This document shows, in pieces, positions 28,750-42,078 of a stretch of 64,000 nt of DNA. The stretch lies in NCBI RefSeq assembly GCF_056712565.1, contig NZ_CM160072.1. One strand, written 5' to 3'. Below the pieces are notes generated by a model that worked only from the letters and a program-made list of their open reading frames with translations, ran no database searches and had not been told where the DNA came from. The translations under genes were made by a program, and so were the position numbers. Position 1 is the stretch's first letter. Each line of letters begins with the position of its first letter.

Positions 28750-29412
28750 ATGACCATTACCTCTCTGGATGGCTATCGCTGGCTGAAGAACGATATTATT
28801 CGCGGCAATTTTCAGCCGGATGAAAAATTACGGATGAGTTTGCTGACATCGCGTTATGCACTTGGCGTCGGACCGTTGCGGGAGGCGCTTTCGCAACTGG
28901 TGGCAGAACGACTGGTCACGGTGGTGAATCAAAAAGGGTATCGGGTGGCGTCTATGTCAGAGCAGGAGCTGCTCGATATTTTCGACGCCCGCGCCAATAT
29001 GGAAGCGATGCTGGTGAGTCTGGCGATTGCCCGCGGTGGCGATGAATGGGAGGCAGACGTTCTTGCGAAGGCGCATCTGCTCAGTAAGCTTGAGGCCTGT
29101 GACGCCAGTGAGAAAATGCTTGATGAGTGGGATCTGCGTCATCAGGCGTTTCATACTGCAATTGTGGCGGGCTGTGGTTCTTACTATTTGCTGCAAATGC
29201 GTGAACGGTTGTTTGATCTGGCAGCGCGTTATCGATTTATCTGGCTGCGGCGAACAGTGCTTTCGGTGGAAATGCTGGAAGATAAACACGATCAGCACCA
29301 GACCCTGACTGCGACGGTACTGGCGCGAGATACCGCGCGCGCCAGTGAGTTAATGCGCCAGCATTTACTGACGCCAATTCCCATTATCCAGCAGGCGATG
29401 GCTGGCAATTAA
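28750..29412 (+). CDS. csiR: GntR-family transcriptional repressor CsiR
   Basis: 220 aa from MTITSLDGYRWLK; position after gabP. Confidence 0.9.
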   Translation: MTITSLDGYRWLKNDIIRGNFQPDEKLRMSLLTSRYALGVGPLREALSQLVAERLVTVVNQKGYRVASMSEQELLDIFDARANMEAMLVSLAIARGGDEWEADVLAKAHLLSKLEACDASEKMLDEWDLRHQAFHTAIVAGCGSYYLLQMRERLFDLAARYRFIWLRRTVLSVEMLEDKHDQHQTLTATVLARDTARASELMRQHLLTPIPIIQQAMAGN

Positions 29413-29862
29413 CTACTCTTCAGGAATACGCAACACTTGCCCCGGGTAAATTTTATCCGGGCTTTTTAGCATCGGTTTATTCGCTTCGAAGATTTTATTG
29501 TACAGATTAGCGTTACCGTAGACCTGTTTGGAAATGGCACTCAGAGTGTCGCCAGACTTAACGGTATAAAACTGGCTGGCAGTGGCTGGTGTCGCCGTTT
29601 TCACCTGATCATCGACACTGGCAATACCGGAAATATTCCCCACCGCAACAAGGATTTTCTCCTTCGCCTCCTGACTTAAGCCGTCACCCGTGACCGTCGC
29701 TTTGCCGTCGGCAATTTGAATGTTCACTTTATCGGCATCAGGTATACCGGTTTTGTTCAGATGCTCCTGCACCTTCTTCGCCTGATCGTCTTTATCGTGC
29801 TGACCTGTAACCGCGTCCCAGAGTTTTTCTCCGGCATCTTTCACAAAATTGAACAGACCCAT
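29413..29862 (-). CDS. ygaU: Potassium-binding protein Kbp (YgaU), BON and LysM domains
   Basis: 149 aa from [16 protein letters not shown]; LysM-like C-terminus. Confidence 0.9.
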
Positions 29863-29945
29863 AGCTACCTCATTCGTTAACGGAAACACTCAGAAAGTGT
29901 AGCAGAGGAACGCGGCGCGTTAACGCCGCGGGGGTGAACACAGGT

Positions 29946-30104
29946 TTAATCGCGGGTTTGCACCCAGAACGCGTGAATCAAACCGGGGATATACCCAAGC
30001 AGTGTCAGCAGAATATTAATAATGAACGCCCAACCGAACCCTTTACCGAGCAGCACGCCGAGCGGCGGCAGAATGATGGTGATGACGATTCTCCAGAAAC
30101 CCAT
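29946..30104 (-). CDS. yqaE: Small membrane protein YqaE (Pmp3/UPF0057 family)
   Basis: 52 aa by reverse-complement translation (MGFWRIVITIILPPLGVLLGKGFGWAFIINILLTLLGYIPGLIHAFWVQTRD); the plus-strand ORF 29934..30119 is its antisense shadow. Confidence 0.85.
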   Translation of the reverse strand: MGFWRIVITIILPPLGVLLGKGFGWAFIINILLTLLGYIPGLIHAFWVQTRD

Positions 30105-30286
30105 ATGTACTCCCTATAAGAAAATTACTCATTGTTTAAAAAGAGATTTTATCTCTTAAGCGTAGTAATTTTAGCGGAGCCTGCCAGTTTCAGCTTACGC
30201 TTTTACTCTCATTTACGCTGCTGAGGCTGGTATATGTTGCATTTTTAGTTTAGAGTTTACTTAATTTAGAAAATACTTAAATATCT

Positions 30287-30586
30287 ATGACTGAACTCGC
30301 GCAATTACAGGCTAGTGCCGAACAGGCAGCGGCCTTATTGAAAGCAATGAGCCACCCTAAACGGTTGCTGATTCTGTGCATGCTTAGCGGTTCCCCCGGC
30401 ACCAGTGCGGGAGAGCTGACGCGCATTACCGGACTAAGTGCCTCTGCAACATCACAGCATCTCGCTCGTATGCGGGACGAAGGGCTTATCGACAGCCAAC
30501 GGGATGCCCAACGCATTCTATATTCCATTAAAAATGAGGCGGTAAATGCCATTATCGCCACCCTGAAAAATGTCTATTGTCCGTAA
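30287..30586 (+). CDS. ygaV: ArsR-family transcriptional regulator YgaV
   Basis: 99 aa HTH protein adjacent to ygaP. Confidence 0.9.
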   Translation: MTELAQLQASAEQAAALLKAMSHPKRLLILCMLSGSPGTSAGELTRITGLSASATSQHLARMRDEGLIDSQRDAQRILYSIKNEAVNAIIATLKNVYCP

Positions 30587-30595
30587 GGAGTCACT

Positions 30596-31120
30596 ATGGC
30601 TTTGACAACCATTTCGCCGCATGATGCACAAGAATTAATCGCACGCGGCGCAAAGTTAATCGATATTCGTGACGCTGATGAATATCTTCGTGAACATATT
30701 CCTGAAGCAGATCTGGCTCCATTATCCGTGCTGGAACAGTCAGGTCTTCCGGCTAAATTACGTCGCGAGCAAATAATATTCCACTGCCAGGCAGGTAAAC
30801 GCACCAGTAATAACGCCGATAAATTAGCAGCGATTGCCGCCCCCGCAGAAATCTTTTTACTCGAAGATGGGATTGATGGCTGGAAAAAAGCAGGATTACC
30901 AGTAGCGGTAAATAAATCTCAACCCTTGCCGTTAATGCGCCAGGTGCAGATCGCTGCGGGTGGTTTAATATTAATCGGCGTTATACTAGGTTATACCGTA
31001 AATAGCGGTTTCTTCTTATTAAGCGGCTTTGTTGGTGCCGGGTTACTGTTTGCAGGAATTAGCGGTTTTTGTGGGATGGCAAGGTTGTTAGATAAGATGC
31101 CGTGGAACCAACGAGCTTGA
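30596..31120 (+). CDS. ygaP: Membrane-anchored rhodanese (thiosulfate sulfurtransferase) YgaP
   Basis: 174 aa; rhodanese active-site region FHCQAGKRT and C-terminal TM helices. Confidence 0.9.
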   Translation: MALTTISPHDAQELIARGAKLIDIRDADEYLREHIPEADLAPLSVLEQSGLPAKLRREQIIFHCQAGKRTSNNADKLAAIAAPAEIFLLEDGIDGWKKAGLPVAVNKSQPLPLMRQVQIAAGGLILIGVILGYTVNSGFFLLSGFVGAGLLFAGISGFCGMARLLDKMPWNQRA

Positions 31121-31166
31121 GAAGCGACGCCGGACGCGCCATAGCAGCAACATCCGGCCTCAGTAA

Positions 31167-31571
31167 TTAGATCAGGAAATCGTCGAGAGATTTACCTTCT
31201 GCCAGCGCCTGAGCGATTGGCTTCGGTGTACGGCCCTGACCGGTCCAGGTTTTAGTTTCACCGTTAACATCGATGAATTTATATTTCGCCGGACGCGGCT
31301 GGCGTTTTTTACCAGCGCGTGGTGCCGCAGCAGAGCTATCACCCAATAACTCTTCCGGGTTAATTCCGTCAGCTTTCATCAGCTCCAGCCAGGTGCTAAT
31401 TTTTTCCTGGCGCTCTGCCAGTTCACGCTGCTGTTGTTCTTCTTCTTCACGTCTTTCTTTAGTGACAACCCTGAATTTTTCGAGCATTTCTTCAAGAACG
31501 TCAATGGAGAATTCGCGAGCCATCGCACGGAGGGTGCGAATGTTATTTAAACTTTGTAACATTACGGACAT
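31167..31571 (-). CDS. stpA: H-NS paralogue StpA
   Basis: 134 aa H-NS-like nucleoid protein. Confidence 0.95.
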   Translation of the reverse strand: MSVMLQSLNNIRTLRAMAREFSIDVLEEMLEKFRVVTKERREEEEQQQRELAERQEKISTWLELMKADGINPEELLGDSSAAAPRAGKKRQPRPAKYKFIDVNGETKTWTGQGRTPKPIAQALAEGKSLDDFLI

Positions 31572-32237
31572 AATAAAGAAAACCTTTTAACGCCAAAACA
31601 AAAAAGTATTTCGTCGCGTAGTGTAAGCGATCACTTATTATATTTCCACAAAATTTAATCTATTTACAGTCCTGCACGAGATTATTTCAGCTGTTATTTT
31701 CTGAAACTCTCAGAATAATTTCAAGATTATATATTAGCCATTTTGATGAGTAATTTAGGTTATTGGTGAACAGAGCGGCGCTCTCTGCTCGCTAATTCCG
31801 CAAGCCCGACAAAACCAAAGTGAATAAAAATGCAACTCAACAGAATAAAAGAAAACATCTATCACTGGTGCTTTCTGCTGTCAATGTACATTATCTGGCA
31901 TAAAAAATGCTGAAAATGACCCGATCACTACATACACCGAATTCTCTACGCTTATAGCGTTACCTCCCCCCAAACCTTCATGAGTGAAAATAAAGGTAAA
32001 CACATATCCAATTGATTTAATTAAAAACAAATCATATCGGCATGTAAAAATCCACAATGTACAAAAAACGCGCCGTTACGGAATATTTTATCTACAAAAA
32101 CAGATTAAATAAAAATTTTTCACTAATTGATTAGTCATAGCCAGCGATATACGCTATGCGAAAATGCAGATGGCAATGAGATCCACTGCTTTCATCTCCA
32201 TTCACATCCCATTACGCTTTTATTAAGGAGCATTAGC

Positions 32238-32687
32238 ATGTTCTCACCGCAGTCACGCTTGCGTCATGCAGTTGCAGATACGTTCGCGATGGTTGTTTAC
32301 TGTTCTGTCGTGAACATGTGTATTGAAGTTTTCCTCTCCGGAATGAGTTTCGAACAGTCTTTTTATTCCAGATTGGTAGCGATTCCGGTGAACATCTTAA
32401 TTGCATGGCCATACGGTATGTACCGCGATCTGTTTATGCGCGCAGCACGCAAAGTTAGCCCGTCGGGCTGGATAAAAAATCTGGCGGATATCATGGCTTA
32501 TGTGACGTTCCAGTCACCGGTGTATGTGGCGATCTTGTTAGTGGTGGGCGCAGACTGGCATCAGATTATGGCGGCGGTCAGTTCAAACATCGTTGTTTCG
32601 ATGTTGATGGGGGCGGTTTATGGCTACTTCCTCGATTATTGCCGCCGACTGTTTAAAGTCAGCCGTTACCAGCAGGTAAAAGCCTGA
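32238..32687 (+). CDS. alaE: L-alanine exporter AlaE
   Basis: 149 aa from [16 protein letters not shown] with AAGGAG RBS; the longer ORF-track start is unlikely. Confidence 0.9.
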   Translation: MFSPQSRLRHAVADTFAMVVYCSVVNMCIEVFLSGMSFEQSFYSRLVAIPVNILIAWPYGMYRDLFMRAARKVSPSGWIKNLADIMAYVTFQSPVYVAILLVVGADWHQIMAAVSSNIVVSMLMGAVYGYFLDYCRRLFKVSRYQQVKA

Positions 32688-32723
32688 CCCTTCTTTTCGC
32701 GACTGGCATCGCCAGTCGCGTCT

Positions 32724-33068
32724 TTAACTGGCTTCGCCAAATAAACCATTCAAATAACGTTCAAGCGCAACACGCGAACTAAAGCCATGCGGGATACCGT
32801 AATGCTCGTGTCGCTCGCCTGCTAAATAGAGCGGAAATTGCTGGTAATGATCGCAAGTTTTAATATCGGAAGCGGGTTCAGCCAGTGTGGAACTACGTTC
32901 TTTTAATGTTGGATGAATCACCAGGGCGGTACGTCCCATTCGCGCTTCGCGATTAACATAGACATAATTTTCCCCACGGCGGTAACCATACGCTTTCTGG
33001 GTTACCACATCGACAGTAAAACCGACTTTTTCAAGTACGCGCGCCACCTCGTCTGGTCGTAAATACAT
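32724..33068 (-). CDS. ygaC: Conserved protein YgaC
   Basis: 114 aa at the conserved position. Confidence 0.85.
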
Positions 33069-33219
33069 ATTTGATCCTCGTTATTATCAACCGCGGGCCT
33101 ACCTTACCTGATTGCGCATTCACAACGCTTTCAGAAAAGTCCATAAAGCCGCGATGAACCTCAGTTAAGAAAATTATGGTCTACACTGAAAATTACATCG
33201 AATTCTAATGGGGGATCAT

Positions 33220-33549
33220 ATGTTTAACCGACCGAACCGCAACGACGTTGATGATGGCGTGCAGGATATCCAGAATGATGTCAATCAATTAGCTGATAGT
33301 CTCGAATCTGTATTGAAGTCCTGGGGCAGCGACGCCAAAGGGGAAGCCGAAGCCGCTCGTAGTAAAGCGCAGGCTCTACTGAAAGAAACCAGGGCGCGAA
33401 TGCATGGTCGTACTCGCGTCCAGCAAGCCGCGCGTGATGCCGTTGGCTGCGCGGATTCTTTTGTTCGTGAAAGACCCTGGTGTAGTGTGGGTACAGCGGC
33501 AGCGGTGGGTATTTTTATCGGCGCACTGTTAAGCATGCGCAAATCGTAG
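33220..33549 (+). CDS. ygaM: Ribosome-associated membrane protein YgaM (ElaB/YqjD family)
   Basis: 109 aa from MFNRPNRNDVDDG with C-terminal TM anchor. Confidence 0.85.
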   Translation: MFNRPNRNDVDDGVQDIQNDVNQLADSLESVLKSWGSDAKGEAEAARSKAQALLKETRARMHGRTRVQQAARDAVGCADSFVRERPWCSVGTAAAVGIFIGALLSMRKS

Positions 33550-33605
33550 TGCAAAAATGATAATAAATACGCGTCTTTGACCCCGAAGCCTGGCTTCGGG
33601 GTTTT

Positions 33606-34940
33606 TTAGCTTAAGGCTTTACGTAATTGTTGTGCTACCTGTCGCGCCATACCTTCGTTAACGATATTAGTAAACGAAAGCAGTAATCCACCTTCCCCAC
33701 TTGAACGGATACGCCAGTCGCTAAGTGCCTGCACCGCAAGGCCTGCAGCATTGGCTTTACGCGCATGGGCAATATCATCGCCTATCATTCTGATCACCAT
33801 CTGGATACCACCTTTCTGCGGCACAACCTGAAATCCTTGCTGCGTCAACGCTTGCTCAATCCATTGCCGACGTTGAGCATAATGCTGACGCATTTTCTTC
33901 AGATGCCGCCAGAAATGCCCCTCGCGAAGAAAGTCTGCCAGTGTGTTCTGCCATAGAACAGGTACCGCACATGGAGCCAGTGACGCCTGGTGGCGGAATT
34001 GTGCAATTTGCTTCACCGGCACCACCAGCCACGCACAGCGCAATGCAGGAAATAGCGCTTTGCTGAATGTTCCGGCATAAATTACCCGCTGCGGTGCGTC
34101 GAGACTTTTTAACGCCGGTAACGGCTTACCGTGATAGCGAAACTCACTGTCATAATCATCTTCAATAATCCATGCCTGACTACGATCTGCCCATTCCAGT
34201 ATCTGATGCCTGCGCGCTAAAGAGAGCGCCACACCCAGCGGACTTTGGTGTGCTGGTGTTATCAGGGCAAAACGCGCATCAGGATAATTTTGTATTCCGC
34301 TTGTGATATCCAGTCCATTGTCATCAACCGGCACAGGCAAAATTTCCACATCATGGCGAGTGACAATCGGGCGAATCAGTGGAAAGCCGGGATCTTCTAT
34401 CCACATCCCGTTTCCCGGTTTCGCCAGCGCGTGCAGAATTAAAGCTATTGAGGCCGCATAACCGTGAGTGATAAAGACCTGCTCTGGCTGACAATCAATC
34501 CCACGTGAAACGCGTAAGTAATCAACTATTGCCTCGCGCAACGCCGCCTCACCGCAGACATCGCCTAACGCCAAATCAAAGCGCGTCTGGGTACGAAGGC
34601 GACGCCCCATCACCCGCGCCCACAGCTCTCGCGGAAAGAGATCGAGTGCGGGTAATCCCATTTGAAATGGCAACGGTTGCTGACTTTCACCGGCAAAAGC
34701 TACAACTTGTACAGTAGATTGTTGCGGATATATCCGCTCACTGACAAATGTGCCAGCCTGTCCCCGCCTGATCAGCCATCCTTGCGCCACCAGCTCAGCA
34801 TACGCATTTTCGACAGTGGATCGAGACACCCCCAGCTCCTGCGACCAGGTACGACTTGAAGGCAGCCTTGCGCCGGGTTTCAGTTCCCCTTGCTCAATAG
34901 CCGTTTTTAACTGACGGGCGATATCCTGATAGCGCGGCAT
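33606..34940 (-). CDS. MocR/GntR-family regulator with PLP aminotransferase-like domain
   Basis: 444 aa; N-terminal GntR HTH (MPRYQDIARQLKTAIEQGELKPGARLPSSRTWSQELGVSRSTVENAY) and large C-terminal class-I aminotransferase fold; not part of the K-12 ygaM-nrdH interval as I recall it. Confidence 0.8.
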   Translation of the reverse strand: MPRYQDIARQLKTAIEQGELKPGARLPSSRTWSQELGVSRSTVENAYAELVAQGWLIRRGQAGTFVSERIYPQQSTVQVVAFAGESQQPLPFQMGLPALDLFPRELWARVMGRRLRTQTRFDLALGDVCGEAALREAIVDYLRVSRGIDCQPEQVFITHGYAASIALILHALAKPGNGMWIEDPGFPLIRPIVTRHDVEILPVPVDDNGLDITSGIQNYPDARFALITPAHQSPLGVALSLARRHQILEWADRSQAWIIEDDYDSEFRYHGKPLPALKSLDAPQRVIYAGTFSKALFPALRCAWLVVPVKQIAQFRHQASLAPCAVPVLWQNTLADFLREGHFWRHLKKMRQHYAQRRQWIEQALTQQGFQVVPQKGGIQMVIRMIGDDIAHARKANAAGLAVQALSDWRIRSSGEGGLLLSFTNIVNEGMARQVAQQLRKALS

Positions 34941-35027
34941 ATGGTCTGCTTTTTTAGGTAATTTATGGCTCTCTTTAGCAGTCCATTATAGTGCTACATT
35001 GCGGGCGTTAATAAGAGGAGAAACTGT

Positions 35028-35459
35028 ATGACTACATTACGTCAGCCTTACTACGAACTTAGCCCGGCAGTGTATAACGCACTAGTGCAGGCCAAAACGG
35101 CACTGGAAAATAGCACGCTGGATACCACGTTGATGGAGTTAGTTTATTTGCGCGTCTCGCAAATCAACGGCTGCGCATTTTGTCTGGAGATGCACAGCAA
35201 AGCATTGCGCAAATCCGGCGTGCCACAGCACAAACTGGACGCCCTGGCAGGTTGGCGCGTAAGCCATCATTTTGATGAACGCGAGCGGGCGGCGCTGGCA
35301 TGGGCGGAATCGGTAACCGAAATTGCCAGAACCCATGCGGAAGACGAGGTTTATCAGCCTTTGCTTGAGCATTTCAGCGCAGCAGAGATCAGCGACTTAA
35401 CGTTTGCCATCGGGCTGATGAATTGTTTTAACCGTCTGGCCGTTTCCATGCGGATGTAA
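35028..35459 (+). CDS. Carboxymuconolactone decarboxylase / AhpD-like protein
   Basis: 143 aa with the AhpD-type CxxC-containing motif (NGCAFCLEMH); divergent from the MocR-type regulator. Confidence 0.7.
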   Translation: MTTLRQPYYELSPAVYNALVQAKTALENSTLDTTLMELVYLRVSQINGCAFCLEMHSKALRKSGVPQHKLDALAGWRVSHHFDERERAALAWAESVTEIARTHAEDEVYQPLLEHFSAAEISDLTFAIGLMNCFNRLAVSMRM

Positions 35460-35667
35460 CTTCTTGATGCCGGGTATTTGCCCGGCAAAAAAACACAAAA
35501 TCCCCTACCCCGTTGAGCCATTCATCGGTGGCGTAATCAATCTAAAATTCCCATATCTTGTGTGGTTGAATCTTTTTTCAACTACATCTAGTATCTCTGT
35601 ATCAACAGAGAGACAACCCGACGCGTATCATCGCGCCGTATCTTCATTTTAAACGGAAATACGAATC

Positions 35668-35913
35668 ATGCGCATTACTATTTACACTCGTAACGATTGC
35701 GTCCAGTGCCACGCCACCAAACGGGCGATGGAAAACCGGGGCTTTGATTTTGAAATGATTAATGTCGATCGCGTTCCTGAAGCGGCAGAAGCGCTGCGTG
35801 CTCAGGGCTTTCGTCAGTTGCCGGTTGTGATTGCAGGCGATCTTAGCTGGTCTGGTTTCCGCCCGGACATGATCAATCGTCTGCATCCAGCGCCACACGC
35901 GGCCAGTGCATGA
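35668..35913 (+). CDS. nrdH: Glutaredoxin-like protein NrdH
   Basis: 81 aa with CVQC redox motif. Confidence 0.95.
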   Translation: MRITIYTRNDCVQCHATKRAMENRGFDFEMINVDRVPEAAEALRAQGFRQLPVVIAGDLSWSGFRPDMINRLHPAPHAASA

Positions 35914-36320
35914 GCCAGCTCGTCTACTTTTCCAGCAGCTCCGAAAATACGCAGCGTTTTATCGAACGTTTAGGGCTGCCCGCGGTGCGCATCCCGCTCA
36001 ATGAGCGGGAACGGATTCAGGTAGACGAGCCTTACATCCTGATCGTGCCCTCTTACGGCGGCGGCGGTACGGCTGGCGCGGTGCCACGACAGGTCATTCG
36101 CTTTTTAAACGACGAGCATAACCGGGCGTTGCTGCGCGGCGTTATTGCTTCGGGTAATCGCAACTTTGGTGAGGCATATGGCCGCGCCGGAGATGTGATT
36201 GCCCGGAAATGCAGCGTGCCGTGGCTGTACCGCTTTGAACTCATGGGTACGCAAAGCGATATCGAAAACGTTCGTAAAGGAGTAACCGAATTTTGGCAAC
36301 GACAACCGCAGAACGCCTGA
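35910..36320 (+). CDS. nrdI: Flavodoxin-like protein NrdI
   Basis: 136 aa, overlaps nrdH stop. Confidence 0.95.
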   Translation: MSQLVYFSSSSENTQRFIERLGLPAVRIPLNERERIQVDEPYILIVPSYGGGGTAGAVPRQVIRFLNDEHNRALLRGVIASGNRNFGEAYGRAGDVIARKCSVPWLYRFELMGTQSDIENVRKGVTEFWQRQPQNA

Positions 36321-38437
36321 CGCAGGAAACGATGGATTATCACGCTCTGAATGCGATGCTTAACCTTTACGATAGCGCAGGTCGCATTCAGTTCGATAAA
36401 GACAGCCAGGCCGTAGACGCCTTTATGACGACGCATGTGCGTCCGAACAGTGTGGCCTTCAGTAGCCAGCAGCAGCGCCTGAACTGGCTGGTTAACGAAG
36501 GTTACTATGATGAAAGCGTCCTTAATCGCTACTCTCGCGATTTTGTCATTACGCTGTTTGCCCACGCGCACGCCAGCGGTTTTCGTTTCCAGACATTCCT
36601 CGGAGCATGGAAGTTTTACACCAGCTATACGTTGAAGACATTCGACGGTAAGCGTTATCTGGAAGATTTTGCCGATCGCGTCACGATGGTGGCGCTGACG
36701 CTGGCACAAGGCGATGAAACACTGGCGACGCAGCTCACTGATGAGATGCTGTCAGGACGCTTTCAGCCAGCCACGCCAACATTCCTCAACTGCGGTAAGC
36801 AGCAGCGCGGCGAACTGGTTTCCTGTTTTCTGCTGCGTATTGAAGACAATATGGAGTCGATTGGCCGGGCAGTAAATTCCGCACTACAACTGTCGAAACG
36901 CGGCGGCGGCGTAGCATTTTTGCTGTCGAATCTGCGGGAAGCGGGCGCGCCAATTAAACGTATTGAAAATCAATCTTCTGGCGTGATTCCGGTGATGAAA
37001 ATGCTGGAAGACGCATTTTCCTATGCCAACCAACTCGGCGCGCGTCAGGGGGCTGGTGCAGTCTATTTACATGCTCATCATCCCGATATTCTGCGTTTTC
37101 TCGATACAAAACGGGAAAATGCCGACGAAAAAATCCGCATTAAAACACTGTCGCTGGGCGTGGTGATCCCGGATATCACTTTCCATCTGGCAAAAGAGAA
37201 TGCGCAGATGGCGCTGTTTTCGCCCTATGACGTAGAGCGAGTTTATGGCAAGCCGTTTGCCGATGTCGCCATCAGTGAACACTATGACGAACTGGTTGCC
37301 GATGAACGCATCCGCAAAAAATACCTCAACGCCCGTGATTTCTTCCAGCGACTGGCAGAAATCCAGTTTGAGTCTGGCTATCCGTACATCATGTATGAAG
37401 ACACGGTTAACCGTGCTAACCCTATCGCCGGGCGCATAAATATGAGCAATCTCTGCTCAGAAATTTTGCAGGTTAACAGCGCCTCAGAATATGACGAGAA
37501 TCTCGACTATGCTCGTACAGGACATGATATTTCCTGCAATCTAGGGTCGTTGAATATTGCCCACACCATGGATTCCCCCGACTTTGCCCGCACGGTAGAG
37601 ACTGCCGTACGCGGTTTAACGGCGGTGTCAGATATGAGTCATATCCGCAGCGTGCCGTCCATCGAAGCCGGAAATGCCGCCTCACACGCCATCGGTCTGG
37701 GGCAGATGAATTTACACGGTTATCTAGCACGAGAAGGCATCGCTTATGGGTCGCCGGAAGCACTGGATTTCACCAATCTCTATTTCTATACCATCACCTG
37801 GCACGCACTGCGTACCTCGATGTTGCTGGCGCGCGAACGCGGTGAAACCTTCGCCGGGTTCAAACAGTCACGCTATGCCAGTGGTGAATATTTCAGCCAA
37901 TATCTGCAAGGTAACTGGCAGCCGAAAACGGCGAAAGTTGGCGAACTGTTTGCCCGTAGCGGTATTACGTTACCTACCCGTGAGATGTGGGCACAGCTGC
38001 GCGACGACGTGATGCGCTATGGTATCTACAACCAGAATCTCCAGGCGGTGCCGCCAACCGGTTCTATCTCTTATATCAACCATGCCACGTCGAGTATTCA
38101 TCCGATTGTGGCGAAAGTAGAGATACGCAAAGAGGGCAAAACAGGACGCGTTTACTACCCTGCCCCGTTTATGACTAACGAAAATCTGGCGCTGTATCAG
38201 GACGCTTACGAAATCGGCGCAGAAAAGATCATCGACACCTACGCGGAAGCGACTCGCCATGTCGATCAGGGGCTGTCGCTGACGCTGTTTTTCCCCGATA
38301 CCGCCACCACTCGCGATATCAACAAAGCGCAGATTTACGCCTGGCGCAAGGGTATCAAAACGCTCTATTACATTCGCCTGCGTCAAATGGCGCTGGAAGG
38401 CACTGAAATTGAAGGCTGCGTCTCCTGTGCACTTTAA
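36293..38437 (+). CDS. nrdE: Class Ib ribonucleotide reductase alpha subunit
   Basis: 714 aa. Confidence 0.95.
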   Translation: MATTTAERLTQETMDYHALNAMLNLYDSAGRIQFDKDSQAVDAFMTTHVRPNSVAFSSQQQRLNWLVNEGYYDESVLNRYSRDFVITLFAHAHASGFRFQTFLGAWKFYTSYTLKTFDGKRYLEDFADRVTMVALTLAQGDETLATQLTDEMLSGRFQPATPTFLNCGKQQRGELVSCFLLRIEDNMESIGRAVNSALQLSKRGGGVAFLLSNLREAGAPIKRIENQSSGVIPVMKMLEDAFSYANQLGARQGAGAVYLHAHHPDILRFLDTKRENADEKIRIKTLSLGVVIPDITFHLAKENAQMALFSPYDVERVYGKPFADVAISEHYDELVADERIRKKYLNARDFFQRLAEIQFESGYPYIMYEDTVNRANPIAGRINMSNLCSEILQVNSASEYDENLDYARTGHDISCNLGSLNIAHTMDSPDFARTVETAVRGLTAVSDMSHIRSVPSIEAGNAASHAIGLGQMNLHGYLAREGIAYGSPEALDFTNLYFYTITWHALRTSMLLARERGETFAGFKQSRYASGEYFSQYLQGNWQPKTAKVGELFARSGITLPTREMWAQLRDDVMRYGIYNQNLQAVPPTGSISYINHATSSIHPIVAKVEIRKEGKTGRVYYPAPFMTNENLALYQDAYEIGAEKIIDTYAEATRHVDQGLSLTLFFPDTATTRDINKAQIYAWRKGIKTLYYIRLRQMALEGTEIEGCVSCAL

Positions 38438-39406
<969 letters not shown>

Positions 39407-39761
39407 GGGGGTTATTTTCAAAAATATCACTACCCGCTGCAGGGAAATAATTCCCGCCAAATAGCTTTATATCACGTAAATAATTTGTGGTGATCTACAC
39501 TGATACTCTGTTGCATTATTCGCCTGAAACCACAATATTCAGGCGTTTTTTTGCTATCTTTGACAAAAAATATCAACTTTTCTCGATTTGCTCTCAGCCC
39601 TTATATCATGGGAAATTCCGGCGATTTGCTCACATCAATATTCATGCCACATTTGCCCTCAGGGGTTGCCTCAGATTCTCAGTATGTTAGGGTAGAAAAA
39701 AGTGACTATTTCCATTGGGTAATGTATCGACATAAACAAATAACAGGAATCTTTCTATTGC

Positions 39762-40964
39762 ATGGCAATTAAATTAGAAATTAAAAATCTTTATAAAATA
39801 TTTGGTGAGCATCCACAGCGAGCTTTCAAATATATCGAACAAGGACTTTCAAAAGAACAAATTCTGGAAAAAACTGGGCTATCGCTTGGCGTAAAAGACG
39901 CCAGTCTGGCCATTGAAGAAGGCGAGATATTTGTCATCATGGGATTATCCGGTTCGGGTAAATCCACAATGGTACGCCTTCTCAATCGCCTGATTGAACC
40001 CACCCGCGGGCAAGTGCTGATTGATGGTGTGGATATTGCCAAAATATCCGACGCCGAACTCCGTGAGGTGCGCAGAAAAAAGATTGCGATGGTCTTCCAG
40101 TCCTTTGCCTTAATGCCGCATATGACCGTGCTGGACAATACTGCGTTCGGTATGGAACTGGCCGGAATTAATGCCGAAGAACGCCGGGAAAAGGCCCTTG
40201 ATGCACTGCGTCAGGTCGGGCTGGAAAATTATGCCCACAGCTACCCGGATGAACTCTCTGGCGGGATGCGTCAACGAGTGGGATTAGCCCGCGCGTTAGC
40301 GATTAATCCGGATATATTATTAATGGACGAAGCCTTCTCGGCGCTCGATCCATTAATTCGCACCGAGATGCAGGATGAGCTGGTAAAATTACAGGCGAAA
40401 CATCAGCGCACCATTGTCTTTATTTCCCACGATCTCGATGAAGCTATGCGTATTGGTGACCGAATTGCCATTATGCAAAATGGTGAAGTGGTGCAGGTTG
40501 GTACACCGGATGAAATTCTTAATAATCCGGCGAATGATTATGTCCGAACCTTCTTCCGTGGCGTCGATATTAGCCAGGTGTTCAGTGCGAAAGATATTGC
40601 CCGTCGTACACCGAACGGCTTAATTCGTAAAACCCCCGGCTTCGGCCCGCGTTCGGCACTGAAATTATTGCAGGATGAAGATCGCGAATATGGCTACGTC
40701 ATCGAACGCGGTAATAAGTTTGTCGGCGCTGTGTCTATCGATTCGCTTAAAGCCGCGTTAACGCAGCAGCAAGGTCTTGATGCGGCGCTGATTGATGCGC
40801 CGTTAGCGGTCGATGCACAAACGCCTCTTAGCGAATTGCTCTCTCATGTCGGACAGGCACCCTGTGCGGTGCCCGTGGTCGACGAGGACCAACAGTATGT
40901 CGGCATCATTTCGAAAGGAATGCTGCTGCGCGCTTTAGATCGTGAGGGGGTAAATAATGGCTGA
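39762..40964 (+). CDS. proV: Glycine betaine/proline ABC transporter ATPase
   Basis: 400 aa; Walker [11 protein letters not shown]-terminal CBS domains. Confidence 0.95.
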   Translation: MAIKLEIKNLYKIFGEHPQRAFKYIEQGLSKEQILEKTGLSLGVKDASLAIEEGEIFVIMGLSGSGKSTMVRLLNRLIEPTRGQVLIDGVDIAKISDAELREVRRKKIAMVFQSFALMPHMTVLDNTAFGMELAGINAEERREKALDALRQVGLENYAHSYPDELSGGMRQRVGLARALAINPDILLMDEAFSALDPLIRTEMQDELVKLQAKHQRTIVFISHDLDEAMRIGDRIAIMQNGEVVQVGTPDEILNNPANDYVRTFFRGVDISQVFSAKDIARRTPNGLIRKTPGFGPRSALKLLQDEDREYGYVIERGNKFVGAVSIDSLKAALTQQQGLDAALIDAPLAVDAQTPLSELLSHVGQAPCAVPVVDEDQQYVGIISKGMLLRALDREGVNNG

Positions 40965-42021
40965 TCAAAATAATCCGTGGGATACCACGCCAGCGGCGGA
41001 CAGTGCTGCACAATCCGCAGACGCCTGGGGTACACCGGCGACTGCACCGACTGACGGCGGTGGCGCTGACTGGCTGACCAGTACGCCTGCGCCAAACGTC
41101 GAGCATTTTAATATTCTCGATCCGTTCCATAAAACGCTGATCCCGCTCGACAGTTGGGTCACTGAAGGGATCGACTGGGTCGTTACCCATTTTCGTCCCG
41201 TCTTTCAGGGCGTGCGCGTTCCGGTTGATTACATCCTCAACGGTTTCCAGCAATTGCTGCTGGGTATGCCCGCGCCGGTGGCGATTATCGTTTTCGCTCT
41301 CATCGCCTGGCAGATTTCCGGGGTCGGAATGGGCGTGGCGACGCTGGTTTCGCTGATTGCCATCGGCGCAATCGGTGCCTGGTCACAGGCAATGGTTACC
41401 CTGGCGCTGGTGTTAACAGCCCTGCTGTTCTGTATCGTCATAGGTTTGCCGTTGGGGATCTGGCTGGCGAGAAGTCCGAGAGCGGCGAAAATTATTCGTC
41501 CACTGCTTGATGCCATGCAGACCACGCCCGCGTTTGTTTATCTGGTGCCAATCGTCATGCTGTTTGGTATCGGCAACGTGCCGGGCGTGGTGGTGACGAT
41601 CATCTTTGCGCTGCCGCCGATTATCCGTCTGACGATTCTGGGAATTAACCAGGTTCCGGCGGATCTGATTGAAGCCTCGCGCTCATTCGGTGCCAGCCCG
41701 AGCCAGATGCTGTTCAAAGTTCAGTTACCGCTGGCGATGCCAACCATTATGGCGGGCGTTAACCAGACGCTGATGCTGGCCCTTTCTATGGTGGTCATCG
41801 CCTCGATGATTGCCGTCGGCGGGCTGGGTCAGATGGTACTTCGCGGTATCGGTCGTCTGGATATGGGGCTTGCCACCGTTGGCGGCGTCGGGATTGTGAT
41901 CCTCGCCATTATCCTCGACCGCCTGACGCAGGCCGTTGGGCGCGACTCACGCAGTCGTGGCAACCGTCGCTGGTACACCACTGGCCCTGTCGGTCTGCTG
42001 ACCCGCCCATTCATTAAGTAA
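40957..42021 (+). CDS. proW: Glycine betaine/proline ABC transporter permease
   Basis: 354 aa. Confidence 0.95.
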   Translation: MADQNNPWDTTPAADSAAQSADAWGTPATAPTDGGGADWLTSTPAPNVEHFNILDPFHKTLIPLDSWVTEGIDWVVTHFRPVFQGVRVPVDYILNGFQQLLLGMPAPVAIIVFALIAWQISGVGMGVATLVSLIAIGAIGAWSQAMVTLALVLTALLFCIVIGLPLGIWLARSPRAAKIIRPLLDAMQTTPAFVYLVPIVMLFGIGNVPGVVVTIIFALPPIIRLTILGINQVPADLIEASRSFGASPSQMLFKVQLPLAMPTIMAGVNQTLMLALSMVVIASMIAVGGLGQMVLRGIGRLDMGLATVGGVGIVILAIILDRLTQAVGRDSRSRGNRRWYTTGPVGLLTRPFIK

Positions 42022-42078
42022 CTCTGCACTTGCCCGGTGACGCCGGGCGTTATCACCCTGCCAAAAAAAGGAATAACA

